Counted from the stretch's first letter, positions 27,013 through 39,366 are shown. The stretch is DNA of 64,000 nt from Thalia democratica (GCA_965202585.1 OZ241832.1:46190001-46254000), one strand, 5' to 3'. Made by a program: numbers and translations. The notes: a model not told the origin generated them from the letters alone.

Positions 27013-27597
27013 TTATTTCTTGCAGCTCTTCTTGGTACTTGCCTTCTTAGATGCTTTTTTGGCTGCCGGCTTCTTCTTTGTTACTTTCTTCTTCTTGCTT
27101 GCAGCTTTTTTAGACGCTGCCTTCTTAGGAGCACACTTTTTAGCAGGTCGCTTTTTGGCTGCTGGTTTTTTTGCTGCCTTCTTGGGAGCACACTTCTTCA
27201 CTCGTTTTTTAGCTGCGGTCTTCTTTACTGCTGGCTTTTTAGCTACTTTTTTTGTCCTCTTCTTGGGACCAGCAGCTGGCATTGGAGCAAGCTTGAACGA
27301 GCCAGAAGCGCCTTTTCCAGTAGTCTGGAGAAAAGCACCCTTGGTCACGCCGCTGGTAAGTGCTCTCTTCAAGTGAGAATTAGAAGCTGAGAGCTCAAGC
27401 TTGTAGGTTTCCGCGATAAACTTTTGTATCTTCTGGCGGGATGTACCTTTTCGTTCTTTCATTGCTCCCAGGGCAGAGCTGATCATTTCCCTGTAAGTCG
27501 GGTGTTCTGCCTTCTTGGCGCTTGGTCTCTTGGAAGACCTGGCCTTAACTGCGGCCGGTGCCGCTGCTGATGGTGCTGCTACTGCTGTTGTAGACAT
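27013..27597 (-). CDS. H1: Histone H1 (U3), 194 aa
   Basis: Winged-helix globular domain plus Lys/Ala/Pro-rich tail; stem-loop downstream. Confidence 0.97.
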   Translation of the reverse strand: MSTTAVAAPSAAAPAAVKARSSKRPSAKKAEHPTYREMISSALGAMKERKGTSRQKIQKFIAETYKLELSASNSHLKRALTSGVTKGAFLQTTGKGASGSFKLAPMPAAGPKKRTKKVAKKPAVKKTAAKKRVKKCAPKKAAKKPAAKKRPAKKCAPKKAASKKAASKKKKVTKKKPAAKKASKKASTKKSCKK

Positions 27598-29783
27598 TTT
27601 GTATGTTGATTAAAGAAAGCAAAACAATACTTTCAGCAGTTACAGCCTGTGACGAATTGACTGTTGAGCAGTTTTGCTTTCTCAGGTACCTTTTACTGAT
27701 TATACGAGCATTAGCGTGTGAGTTTAAAGCCTGTATGCTAATAAAAGCAAAGTTGCTTTACTACTAATGTTAAAAATGTTCCAGTGATAAAGAAACAAGA
27801 CTTAGCCCGATCCAGAAGTGAATTTTTTTTTTAAGGTTAGCTTTAAAAGTCCAGAAAAACAGTCTAAATGCTACAGCACATCTCTCCATTTAGTGAGATA
27901 AACCACAAATGAAACAAATTATACTACTACACACCCGACTTAGTTTTCTTAAGCTGAAAGGTTAAAGTAGTAAAGTTTTAGACAAGGACAAGTGTTTTTT
28001 TTCATCTAAAGCTCAAGCAAAGTTTTATTATTTTATTTCCAGCCAGCTTTGTTAACCGTAAAACCCATGAAGTATGTTTAACTTGATTACATTTTAAACT
28101 GTGCTGATTTGTAAAAAAAAACCGAAAAATGCACAAGTATTCGTTTTGTGTGATTTTACTAGTTATCATTACCTTAAATTTACTCATAATAAAAAGGGTA
28201 GTACTAAAAAAATTAATTACACCATCTAATTCAATTTAACTACTTAAGTTTTAAGTTTGTTCTTGCACATACTAGTCACTTACCTTCTCAAAAACGCGCT
28301 GAACATATAAAAAGTTACAAACACATCAAAAGTTACAAACAAAAGTTTAAAAGCAAGTAGGTTTGTTTTAAAAAGTGCCAATAAGTTTATGTAAAAAGAA
28401 AGTAGTTACACAGTTAAAAGTATTTAAAATAACTTTTCAAACTGTTTGTTTTAGATTTTCAACAACGTTTTATCTGTTATACTCGAAACTGAACTAAGAC
28501 TTTTCTTTGCAGATTTTACAAATAGATTTGATCGTAACTTTCCAAAGCAAGATAAAACTGTTTACATTTAAATAAACATCAGTACTGTTCAAAGAATTTT
28601 TGCAAGACCAAAATATCAATACGAAGTTATTAAAAAGTTTCTTATCAATGCTTATTACGAGAAGAAAAGTCTTACGTAAAAAAAGATGTTAGGCTTATTT
28701 TTAAAGCAGTATTAAAAAAGAAGCGTTCCTAAACAAAAAAAAGTTAAAAAATCAAACAGTATTGAAGCAATAATCTTTCAAAACTCATTTGAAAACCTTA
28801 ATGTTTAGATAAACTTTCGTGTACAATCAGTACTTAAAAGGTTGCAATGTGTTTAACAAAGTAAATGTTTTTTAGAGTAATACAGTTAAAGTTTATTATT
28901 CCAAAGTTTGTTTCGTCGTTTCAAAACTAGATAAAACAAATTGAAACACCTTCACTACATATTTTGAAGCATCGTCAACTGATCAAAGAAACAAAACTAC
29001 AATTCGAGTAAAATAAAAATGACTTGACCAAATAATGAAGCAGTATGATCGAAGAAGTGTATACGTTTTAAGTTAAAGTATGTTTAACTCAATTACAACT
29101 GCTCAACTACTAAAAGTAGCTTCTAAGTGTACTAAAAACTAGATTCATCGCAATGTTCTGCACAATGTAGGCAGTTGACTAAATGTTTTGCTATGATTAA
29201 TTCTAAAAAGATTGTTAAACCATTACTAGTTATCTCTGACTTGGTATTAATGTTAATCCAAGCTCATTATAAACAAGTTATCTTTTGTTCTCAGGTGTTT
29301 CGAACACTTCTGTTGTAACAACAGCATTTGAGTTTGTAAAAACATGACCAATATGTTTTAGTTATTGCTTTGTCTTTTAATTTATGATCTTTTCTTATCT
29401 CAAACATGTACATTGCTTAATCACTTATACTATCGTAGAACTTGTACAAACAAACTTAAGTAGTGTTAAACTACATATGCTTTTTAGTTTAGCTAATTAG
29501 TTATTTTGTATGTAGTATAAAACTAGTTAATTTCTGTCTTATAATGTTGCTATGTCGTTACACTGTAATGATATTGTGTACTCTAACAACTAAAAATCAA
29601 AGCTGAATAGTTTTATGAAGCTTGAAGCTAAGAAAAAAATGTGAAAAGTAAAGACTAGAAAGGCTTAATTTATTTTAATTAGTTAGAACAAAGTGGGCTC
29701 TAAACATAAGAAACACTTAAGCTAACATTCTACAAGTTTCAGACAGCTTATTTGTTTATGATCGCTTTTTTTTGCTGCTAGAC

Positions 29784-29894
29784 GCCTACGACCATACCAC
29801 ACTGAACGCACCCCATCTCGTCCGATCTGGGAAGTTAAGCAGTGTCTTAGTACTTGATGGGTGACCGCTTGGGAATACCGCGTGCCGTAGGCTT
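29784..29894 (+). rRNA. 5S: 5S rRNA-like gene, internally deleted (U4)
   Basis: Same 110-nt sequence plus T-run. Confidence 0.92.
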
Positions 29895-32800
29895 TTCTTT
29901 TTGAGCTGTTGTATGTTGGATCAATGATTCATACCGATCATATACATTTTTCGTTTATCTTAAACTTATCTTACTTTAAAAACACATAACTTAAAACAAA
30001 CAGTTGAAGCAGTTTTGAGTCATCAAGTTGTGTCATACATAGTGTTCAATTGAGTTACAAAGCTGTATACTTCTTTTCCTTTGCATAACGTTTCAGCTGT
30101 TAGTATTTTTATGTATTGATGTTTTTATTTGAAAAATCCATAAGCTACTATGTTCAAAAAAAAAGTCTAGGGTTTGTAAAACGAAAGATTTAATGATGGT
30201 TGTACTGAAACTGTATGCTTTTGATTGTCTTTTTTTTGTTTTGAACAATCACAGTTGTTTACATTTATTTGTTGTAAAACTTTGAAACTGTTTTTTATGT
30301 TAAGTTTTAAATTGAATTTCAACAAACATGATTAATATAGCTTTTTTAATTAAACCTCAAATGATCGAGTACTTTAATAATAATACAAAGTTTATTTAAA
30401 GTATAAAATAAAAACTAACTGTTTTATATTCATTTCAAAATATAATCGTTACTTATAGTGACGTAGGACAAATTTTTAAAAACAAACTAAGTAGTTATTT
30501 AATGAAAAAAAAACAAGTATACAAAGTAAGCGTATATGAGAATAAGTTTTGTGCAAATAAAGAAGTTTTTAAGAAAAAGCCTACGGACAACACACTGAAG
30601 TTAGTTGAAGCTTTTTATGAAACATTCAATTATAACTTATTCATAGAACTTGTTCAACGATTTAAACAATACTTTTAAAACATAACTAGCTCCTTTCTCA
30701 AAGTAGTTGAAAATGGTCAGATAAAATTACAAAAGCAATTATAAGGAGCTCAAAAAGCGTTATGTAGAAGTAAAATGTTTCATTCAACTAGCTCTAACTC
30801 TTACTTTTGATCTTTTACCAGCACAAAGTTGTTAAAATTGTACACATATTTTGTTTAGTTAATGGTAGTTTAATACTGCTTAGTAGACATTAAAAGCTAG
30901 TTAAACAAATAGGTAGATTACCATAGATTTATAAAAAAGCATAGTAAAAAAAAACTGTTAAAGCCGTTTTAAGCTATCAAATTTTATTATATGTGGCTTA
31001 GATAAGTGATATGTACCATGAAAAAGTGATAGAATTAAATGATAACATCCTGTTACTTCTTTTGTACCAATTGGTTTAGTTTGATTTAAATGTTGATGCT
31101 TTAACTTGATAAAGCTATAAGCAATGTTAAATCAATTAAACAATGCAATTTTTTTAAAGTTAAAGACTCGAATTGTTCTTTTTTGTTCATGTTGTATACT
31201 TGTTGATGTTGTTTTTTGCTTATGTTTTTTATGAGTTTTAAATTGCAATGCATGTTTTCAATTGTGTTTTAGTTGAAGTTTGAAGTTTTCTGAAACAAGA
31301 TCAAATAAAGCTGTGAACAATTTGAGTTCAATAAAACAGTTTTAAGCTTTGTAAAAAGATTTTGGTCGTGTTAATTCACGATTGTTGTACTGAGATCGCA
31401 AGTTTGTTAATGGTTTTCATTTTGACTTGAACATCTACTGTTGTTTACACATGTATATTTTACAACTCTAAAGTGTTTTATATAGTTTGAAATACATGCA
31501 ATAAATAGTAATAAAAAATTCTAGAAGCTATTGATGAGATTTTTTTATAATAAACAAACTTAAGCTTATTTTGTTACAATTTAATGTATTATTTTCATTT
31601 AAAAATATAACATTTTTTTACGATGACGTAGAATTTTTTTTTTTAGATAAACTAAATATTTGTTAGATATTGCAAAAAGAAGTAAACAAAGTAAGCATAG
31701 TGGGAATAAGTATTGTTTGAAAAAATAACTTAACGAGAAAATCCTATGGACACAAAAATCAAGTTAGTTAATGCTTTTTGCAAAAGTTTAATTACATGTA
31801 GCGTAAGAGACTTAAGCGATGCATTTTAATTGCAACTAGCTCCATCCTCACAAGTAGTTTAAAATGTCATGTAAGAGAACCAAAACAATTGTAAGTACAA
31901 CAAAGTGACTAAAAAATAAAACATAAAAGTAAAACTTTAAGTAAAGTGTGTTATACAAACATTCTATATGAACTTTTACCTTGCTTTTGGGCTTTCACCA
32001 GCACAAGGAACATTAAGTTTGGTACATTTTTGTCGTTTAGTTAGAGATTGTTTAACACTGCTTAGTGGGCATTAGTAAACAGTTAAATTAAGTGGTTGTC
32101 CTGATAACTTTACATTTATAACAAAAATAACTAATTAAACTGTTTAAGTCGTTTTAAGTCATCAAGTTGTCTCACATGTAGTTGTAACAAGTAACACAAA
32201 TGAATGGTAAGAAGCTGTTACTTCTTTTCCTGTGTACCATGTTTCAGCTAATGAATTGGTTTGTTTCATATGTTTGAATAGTTAAGCAACCTAATAAATA
32301 GAAGTCGTCTTTGGAAAATTATAGTTTTAGGTATATACTTTCATCATTTATTTAAGCTGTTTTTGTTTAGGTCAATTGTGTGCTTGTTGATAGTATTATG
32401 TTTCTTTTGAACAATCGATGTTGTTTACATTTATGTATTGTAATGTATGAATTTTGAATAGCTATGCATGTTTTTGATTGTAATTGAACAATACTTTTTA
32501 TGGAACGTTAACATTTTTTTTTTGTTGTTAACAGTTGAAAACATTTTCTATTAATATTTCAGTGAAGTTTTATTGTTATTATTTTCATTAAAAAATATAA
32601 CTAGTTTTTACAGTGACGTAGCATAACTTTACTTTAATAAACTAAAAAACAAATAATTATTGAATGATAAACGAACAAAAGTCCACAAAATAAGCATGAA
32701 TAAGAATGAGTTCCTTGATTAAATGAGATAACAAGAAAAAGACCACGAAAAACACGTTCAAGTTAGTTAAAGATTTTCACTAAGCATTCAAGTACCTTAA

Positions 32801-33485
32801 GCAATGAGTTAAGGATTAGAGCAGTGATCACACTAGTTTCCTTCGTAAAAGTTACATCAAAAACAAAGTAAAAGTGGAGAAATCATAGCAAGCTTAACTA
32901 TTTAACTAACAATGGAAAGCGATAAAATATAAATTTAAAGTGAGATGTGGTGTTCTTGGATCGTTTATAAGCATAAAGTGGATTAAGAATGAAATTGTGT
33001 GAGTTTAGTAGACATTAGCAGCTTGTATAACTGATTGGTGGTGCACGTAAGCTTTAGACTTATGGAAAGAATGATTACAGTAGTTTTTATTTGTGTCATG
33101 TACAGCCTAAAAACGAGATACAAAAAATGGTAACAACTTTTTTTCTTTGTATCATGTTTTTATGTGTAGTTGTTTTTATTTGATAAAGCCACTAACAATT
33201 TGAGTTGAACACACCATCCTAAGGTTAATACAAATATTTCAACAGTACTGTTAAATTGTTGTTATACTTAAATTGAATGTTTGTTTGAAAAAACGCTGTT
33301 TTTTACATAAATGAATTGTACAACTTTTAATAACTTTTTAACGGTTTCAGTTGCATTCTTATTAACAAGATTAATACATTTTGAAAATAAAATCCAAGTT
33401 TAGTTGCTGTAATTGAGTCAAGTAAGTATATATTATTGCAAAGTTAAGTTTTTCTCTCATTGTAATTGAATGTATTATTTTCATT

Positions 33486-35814
33486 GTTTCATAATGTACT
33501 TTTCCTTGTGGATTCCGGATCAGAAATTTCCATTCTGCCTAAAGAATTGACTAATGGGGTGAATAAATATTTTCCACCCCAAAGCAGAAAGATACAGGGT
33601 TTTGGTAACCAAACAATTCATCCAATTGGAAGCGTGGATGTTCAAGTCCGACTTGGGGAGTTGGAACCCATCAATCACTCCTTTTGGGTGACGCAGGAAC
33701 CAAGGAGTTATGGGATTATTGGTCTGGACTTGCTGGTAGCACATCAGCTAGCCATTTTTCCTTCCTCCACACAACTGTGCAAAATTGGGTCTGGTAGGTC
33801 TACAAAGATGTTTGCAGCAGCTGACCTACCTACGCCTATAGTCGCCTTAGTTAACAAACTCGAACTAACTTACAACGAAAACCCATCTTTGGAGGAGAGA
33901 TGCAAGAGAATGTTATTGAATTTTCCAGAAATCACAAAAAAGCCAACTTACCATACTGAACCCAAGCACAACCATGAGCTAGAAATTTTACTCGATGATT
34001 ACAAAGCCGCGCTGATTAAGCCAAGAAGAGCAGGAGGCCGGAGGGCAGCCATTGAGGAGCATTTCAACGATTTGCTACGGCGGGGCGTTGTTGTGAGGGG
34101 TGAGGGAAGTCAAGGGGCGTCCCCTGTCACTTGTGTACAGAAAAAAGACGGCACCATGCGTGTCTGCGTCGATTATACCAGGCTAAACGCGTCAATGCGC
34201 CCACTTTGTTACCCTTTGCCGAGGATTGACGAACTATCTTTAATTATCCCTGGAGGTACAAGATATTTTACCAATCTTGATCTGAAAGAGGCGTACTACA
34301 GCCTACCTCTGTCAGCTGCCTCTAGAAGATGTGCTGCCATTATTGTGCACAATGGCGTCTTCAATCCTCAAATAATTCATATCAAAGGAGTTGAGAACGT
34401 TGTAGCAGACGCTCTTAGCAGGCCACCTCAAGCTGCAACTATGTATGTTCGTGGCCCGGTTAGTTATGACACGGACCCAGATTACGAAGAGATATTGGAT
34501 ACTGAGGATGAAGATTCAGAGGGCGAGTTAGTTGAGGTAGAGGAAGAGATAATCGATCAAGGGAAGATTGACAGGAACTCTGTGGCTCTTTTACAAAGAC
34601 AAGACTTGATTGAAACAGCCCGACAGTTGAAGAAGGAGGTCAAGCTTAACGACCTGGATAACGTGGCTGAAATTATAGAAGTTGGTAACCGTAGGATAAT
34701 TTTGCCAGAGCACTTGCGGTTGCCAGCTTTTAATGCGGCACATCGAACTCTACACCTTGGAGTTGAAAAAACTATTGATGCGGTTGCCAAAGACTTCTGG
34801 TGGCCGACTTTGAAAACGGATGTCACATTTTGGACCAAGAGTTGTATTGATTGCCAGGCCATCAAGGTTATTCGTCACAACAGGCCAAAAATTGGGTTCT
34901 TCCCAGAGAAGACCCAACGATTAAACTTTGTCCACATTGATCTCATAGGCCCTATGGACGTAGTTTCTAACAACTGCCGTTATATACTGACAATAAAAGA
35001 CCGAGGAACGGGCTTTCTTGTGGCAACTCCCATACCGGACAAGAAAGCAATGACAGTGAGGGATGCCTTTGTACAGAGTTGGTGCAGTTATTTTGGAACA
35101 CCACGAGTAGTCGTTTCCGACAATGGAAAAGAATTTTCAAATCACTTGCTGACCGACACCTTCACTCAACTGGGAGTGGATCACCGTTTTGTACCCCCTT
35201 ACAGCCCCCAGGCAAATGGGTTCATTGAACGTCAACATAAAACAATAAACCAGGCGCTGCGCGCCGTAGAGACAAAAACCAATTGGGCACGGCGACTACC
35301 GCTTATCATTGCAAGCATAAACAATACTTCCATAGAAGGTTCTCCCTATACTCCTTCCCAGTATACCCTAGGGATGTGTGCAAACTTACCAGGCCAAATT
35401 TTCAATGATAGCATAAGGGAAACTAATTTTGGTTGTGATCCTTTGGACACAATGTTATTCCTAAATATAATGTCCGACATTTGTCGCAAACACCAGCGAC
35501 ATAGGGAAAGGAATGTGTACTATGAACCCTCTCTTTTTCAGTGTGAAAAGGTGTGGGTCAAACGTGAGAACAAGAGGAAACTCAGCTCTATTTATCATGG
35601 CCCGTACACAGTTCTTAGTGCCTCTGAACATTCCATGTATATTCAGAAAAATGGTGGTGTAGTGAAGGTTTCCATTCGCAATGTTAAAGCATATTTTTCA
35701 AGAAAGGACCTAGAGGGCGGAGACGATAATAAAAACAGAGGAGATAGATACAATCTACGAGAAAGGCGGGCGGTAGTAAGGTACGAAGAGGAAACTAGTA
35801 GTGATGACAACTAG
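33486..35814 (+). pseudogene. pol: Gypsy pol remnant: aspartic protease - N-half RT - RNase H C-terminal motif - integrase
   Basis: Protease FLVDSG; RT motifs ASPVTCVQKKDGTMRVCVDYTRLN, YPLPRID, LDLKEAYY; RH end IKGVENVVADALSR; integrase HHCC (H-x3-H...CIDC), D-D-E (HIDLIGP, VSDNGKEF, NGFIERQH) and GPY. YxDD and most of RNase H are missing. Motif style resembles the CsRn1/Kabuki-like clade (inference). Confidence 0.93.
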
Positions 35815-36807
35815 GTTAACATAAGAACATTAAATAATGATAATATTGCTAAGTTGTATTACTTATTATGAAATTGCTTATATGATTAGATAATTATAAT
35901 ATTACTATTTATTACTACTAAAAAGACGAATAATTTTTTTCTATACTACTGCTATGAGGTTGCTTGTTCATTGTGTCTTTTTGTTTTATTTCTTTTCCTA
36001 CAATTTTTTTGCTTTTTCTTCTTTTGTGGACAGCATAAAAAGACATTTAATGTTTAGGTAGAGGAATATTAGTTGTAAGTTTGTTCAACCCCATCTTCCT
36101 TCAGGGTTTAGTCGGAATTGAATGAAAATATATTCTTTATTGGCTTTCATATATTTTTTTCTTTTCAACTTCCTCTGCAGTAGGCTTTGGTCAGCTGATA
36201 TATTTTCTTTTTGTTGTTTTATTTCTTCAATTGGTTTATTTTTGCAACACTGTTCCAAACAACATTTCATCAACCGTTTGCGATGTCATGAAGCAGTTCA
36301 CTTCGAGTCGGTGGCAGCAGTCCAGTAATCGAAACTACTAGTAGTGGAAGACAACCTGGCAAATACCGTGGAGATGTCCTGTAGAGGAGCAAAGATGTTG
36401 GAGCCGGCGGCGAGTTACTGATCTGAGGAGGAGCGTCAGTGAAATAGCGTTTTGGAAATCCTGATCGGCTGCAGGATACGATGACAGTTTGCAAGTTTAA
36501 CACTGTAACTTAATGATAGTACTAATTTTTTTGCTGTGGAGTTTTTTTTTTAAATTCAATTGTATATATTTTGTAAAATTTGTAAATTTTTTTGCTTTAA
36601 CTTTTAATTTTGAGACTACACCTAATATCTTACTTTAAAACTTTGATACAAAATAGTATTACAACTCATTCAATTATTTCCTGTGTAAAGTATTACTATT
36701 TTAAAACTAACTTTTATGACAGGTTAGTTGATTAATTACATTTAGTACGACATGTTTTTTTGGTACATACTAGTTATTTAACAGTTCGAAATTAATTAGT
36801 AAAATTT

Positions 36808-37052
36808 TTTGGTACATGAAGGTAGTCTATTGATATTTAAACTTCATTGCCCTAGCGATTTAATTAATTGACAGCACCACTTTTTTTGTTTTTTATTAGA
36901 TTTTTTTTTCAATTGTAGAAACTAAATTTTTTATGCTTTGAGTTTTTAGTGTTAAAATGTTGCTTAAAGTATTTGGTACATGAAGGTAGTGTATTGCTAT
37001 TTAAACTTCATTGCCCTAGCGATTTAATTGATTGACAGCACCACTTTTTTTG
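36808..37052 (+). repeat. Two 81-nt direct repeats (36808-36888, 36972-37052) in the element's 3' non-coding region
   Basis: 78/81 identical by eye; both end in GCACCAC-T7-G. Confidence 0.9.
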
Positions 37053-37363
37053 GTGCTAGTGATCATATTTTTGTTTTTTATTTTTTGTTTGAAGTGTTTG
37101 CTATATAGAGAGTTCAGAGTTTTATGTTGCTTTAGATTTTTTAAATTTTAGAAAGTGTACAAGAGTAACACATATTTTAAAGTTTGGTTTTCTAATTGAT
37201 TCCAACCTTCTGGTTGATCATGAAATGTTTTAGAAAACCTAAGCAGTAATTCTAAAATAGGCCTTTTAGGAAAGATAGTGTAATGTTAGGCTATTTTTCT
37301 TAAAAGGCCAAAATAGTCATAAAAACTCTAGGAACGCTAAAACATGTCTTCAGTTTTAAGTTT

Positions 37364-37400
37364 GGAGATTTTTGGGAGAGTGTGTTGCAAAAGTTAAGTT
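37364..37400 (+). promoter_or_regulatory. Candidate polypurine tract and LTR start
   Basis: GGAGATTTTTGGGAGAG immediately followed by TGTGTTGCAA at 37381 (PPT-TG pattern). The LTR 3' end and PBS could not be identified. Confidence 0.35.
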
Positions 37401-37851
37401 TTTTTAGTTTTCTCTGCAAGAAAGAATTTTTAGTAAATAAAGCAACTGTTAGTCCTTATTTATTTTCTGCTTACATTTCATCATTTTATTATTTGCAACC
37501 TCATAGTTATTTTGTTTGATAATAAATTTAGTAGTTTTATTGTTGTATATATTTTATTAGTGATTTTCAGTACTATTTTAGTGATAATTAAGGTTTAAGT
37601 TTTCTATATTTATAAAAGTTGGGCCATTTAGTAGTTTTATAGTTGTGTATAATCTATTATTGATTTTTAGTGATATTTAAGGTTAAAGTTTCTGTAGTTA
37701 TTAAATAAAATTAAGTTCTATTTAAAATATTGATATTTATATTTCTCTTCTTATTGATATTCTTATATTCATATTCGTCACATATTGATATTCATATTTT
37801 ATATTTAATTGATATTTGTATATATTATTTACTTCTTATATGTACTTGAAT

Positions 37852-37972
37852 ATGAGTAAGAGACACTGTACTCGTAGTCAAGAGAAGGGTACTGGCCAGA
37901 GCCATGCAACTATTAGAAGTGACTCTGAGGCAGTACCTGTTCCGCCGGTGCTACCAGGCCCTCCGAGCGGAC
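37852..37972 (+). pseudogene. Candidate gag N-terminus, truncated at the junction
   Basis: Abrupt switch from very AT-rich to GC-balanced sequence at the ATG; MSKRHCTRSQEKG...PVPPVLPGPPSG (basic TRSQ-type start, Pro-rich). Confidence 0.4.
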
Positions 37973-38002
37973 ACCTTTACCTCCTTTGCCACGTCCAGAC
38001 AT
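37973..38002 (-). pseudogene. H4: Histone H4 5' remnant (10 codons) fused to retroelement (U4)
   Basis: ATG TCT GGA CGT GGC AAA GGA GGT AAA GGT, with intact promoter at ~38003-38100. Confidence 0.95.
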
Positions 38003-38187
38003 GTTGAATATACTAATTTTGTCAGTCCCTCGACTATATATACAAGCTGTTACGGACGCGTACGGTTACGACAAAACTCATTTGCATACCAAAAAGAAAC
38101 ATCTTTAATTTACATTATTTCGTTTGGTTTTTGTCTCATTTTCAAAGTTTAAAGGTGGTCCTGAAAAGGACCGGTTTTAGCCAATTC

Positions 38188-38700
<513 letters not shown>

Positions 38701-38781
38701 TTAGTAACACTGTTTACGTTTTAAATTTTGTTTATACTTTAATTGAGTGGTCCTGAAAAGGACCTTGGGTAAAAGAACAAC

Positions 38782-39366
38782 TTATTTCTTGCAGCTCTTG
38801 TTGGTACTTGCCTTCTTAGATGCTTTTTTGGCTGCCGGCTTCTTCTTTGTTACTTTTTTCTTCTTGCTTGCAGCTTTTTTAGATGCTGCCTTCTTAGGAG
38901 CACACTTTTTAGCAGGTCGCTTTTTGGCTGCTGGTTTTTTTGCTGCCTTCTTGGGAGCACACTTCTTCACTCGTTTTTTAGCTGCGGTCTTCTTTACTGC
39001 TGGCTTTTTAGCTCCTTTTTTTGTCCTCTTCTTGGGACCAGCAGCTGGCATTGGAGCAAGCTTGAACGAGCCAGAAGCGCCTTTTCCAGTAGTCTGGAGA
39101 AAAGCACCCTTGGTCACGCCGCTGGTAAGTGCTCTCTTCAAGTGAGAATTAGAAGCTGAGAGCTCAAGCTTGTAGGTTTCCGCGATAAACTTTTGTATCT
39201 TCTGGCGGGATGTACCTTTTCGTTCTTTCATTGCTCCCAGGGCAGAGCTGATCATTTCCCTGTAAGTCGGGTGTTCTGCCTTCTTGGCGCTTGGTCTCTT
39301 GGAAGACCTGGCCTTAACTGCGGCCGGTGCCGCTGCTGATGGTGCTGCTACTGCTGTTGTAGACAT
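38782..39366 (-). CDS. H1: Histone H1 (U4; V118G, K189N)
   Basis: Intact 194-aa ORF. Confidence 0.97.
   Translation of the reverse strand: MSTTAVAAPSAAAPAAVKARSSKRPSAKKAEHPTYREMISSALGAMKERKGTSRQKIQKFIAETYKLELSASNSHLKRALTSGVTKGAFLQTTGKGASGSFKLAPMPAAGPKKRTKKGAKKPAVKKTAAKKRVKKCAPKKAAKKPAAKKRPAKKCAPKKAASKKAASKKKKVTKKKPAAKKASKKASTNKSCKK

Larger units (their letters stand above)
33486..37972 (+). mobile_element. Ty3/Gypsy LTR-retrotransposon fragment replacing ~2.6 kb of the histone unit
   Basis: Left junction TATTATTTTCATT|GTTTC (normal spacer continues CAAAC). Right junction GCGGAC|ACCTTTACC (H4 codon 10). Contains a pol ORF in PR-RT-RH-IN order; no target-site duplication. Confidence 0.95.

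Noticed and set aside
36122-36328. Hydrophobic ORF resembling a signal peptide or env
   Set aside because: Hydrophobicity follows from T-rich DNA; only 68 aa, no furin site or ectodomain.
37050-37800. Primer-binding site and LTR 3' end candidates (TGGTGCTAG at 37051, TTGCAACCTCA at ~37493, GTCACA at ~37777)
   Set aside because: None gives a CA-(0-3 nt)-TGG-tRNA-complement arrangement, so LTR boundaries were not called.
33480-37980. Target-site duplication around the retroelement
   Set aside because: The flanks come from positions 2.6 kb apart in the unit and share no duplicated sequence.
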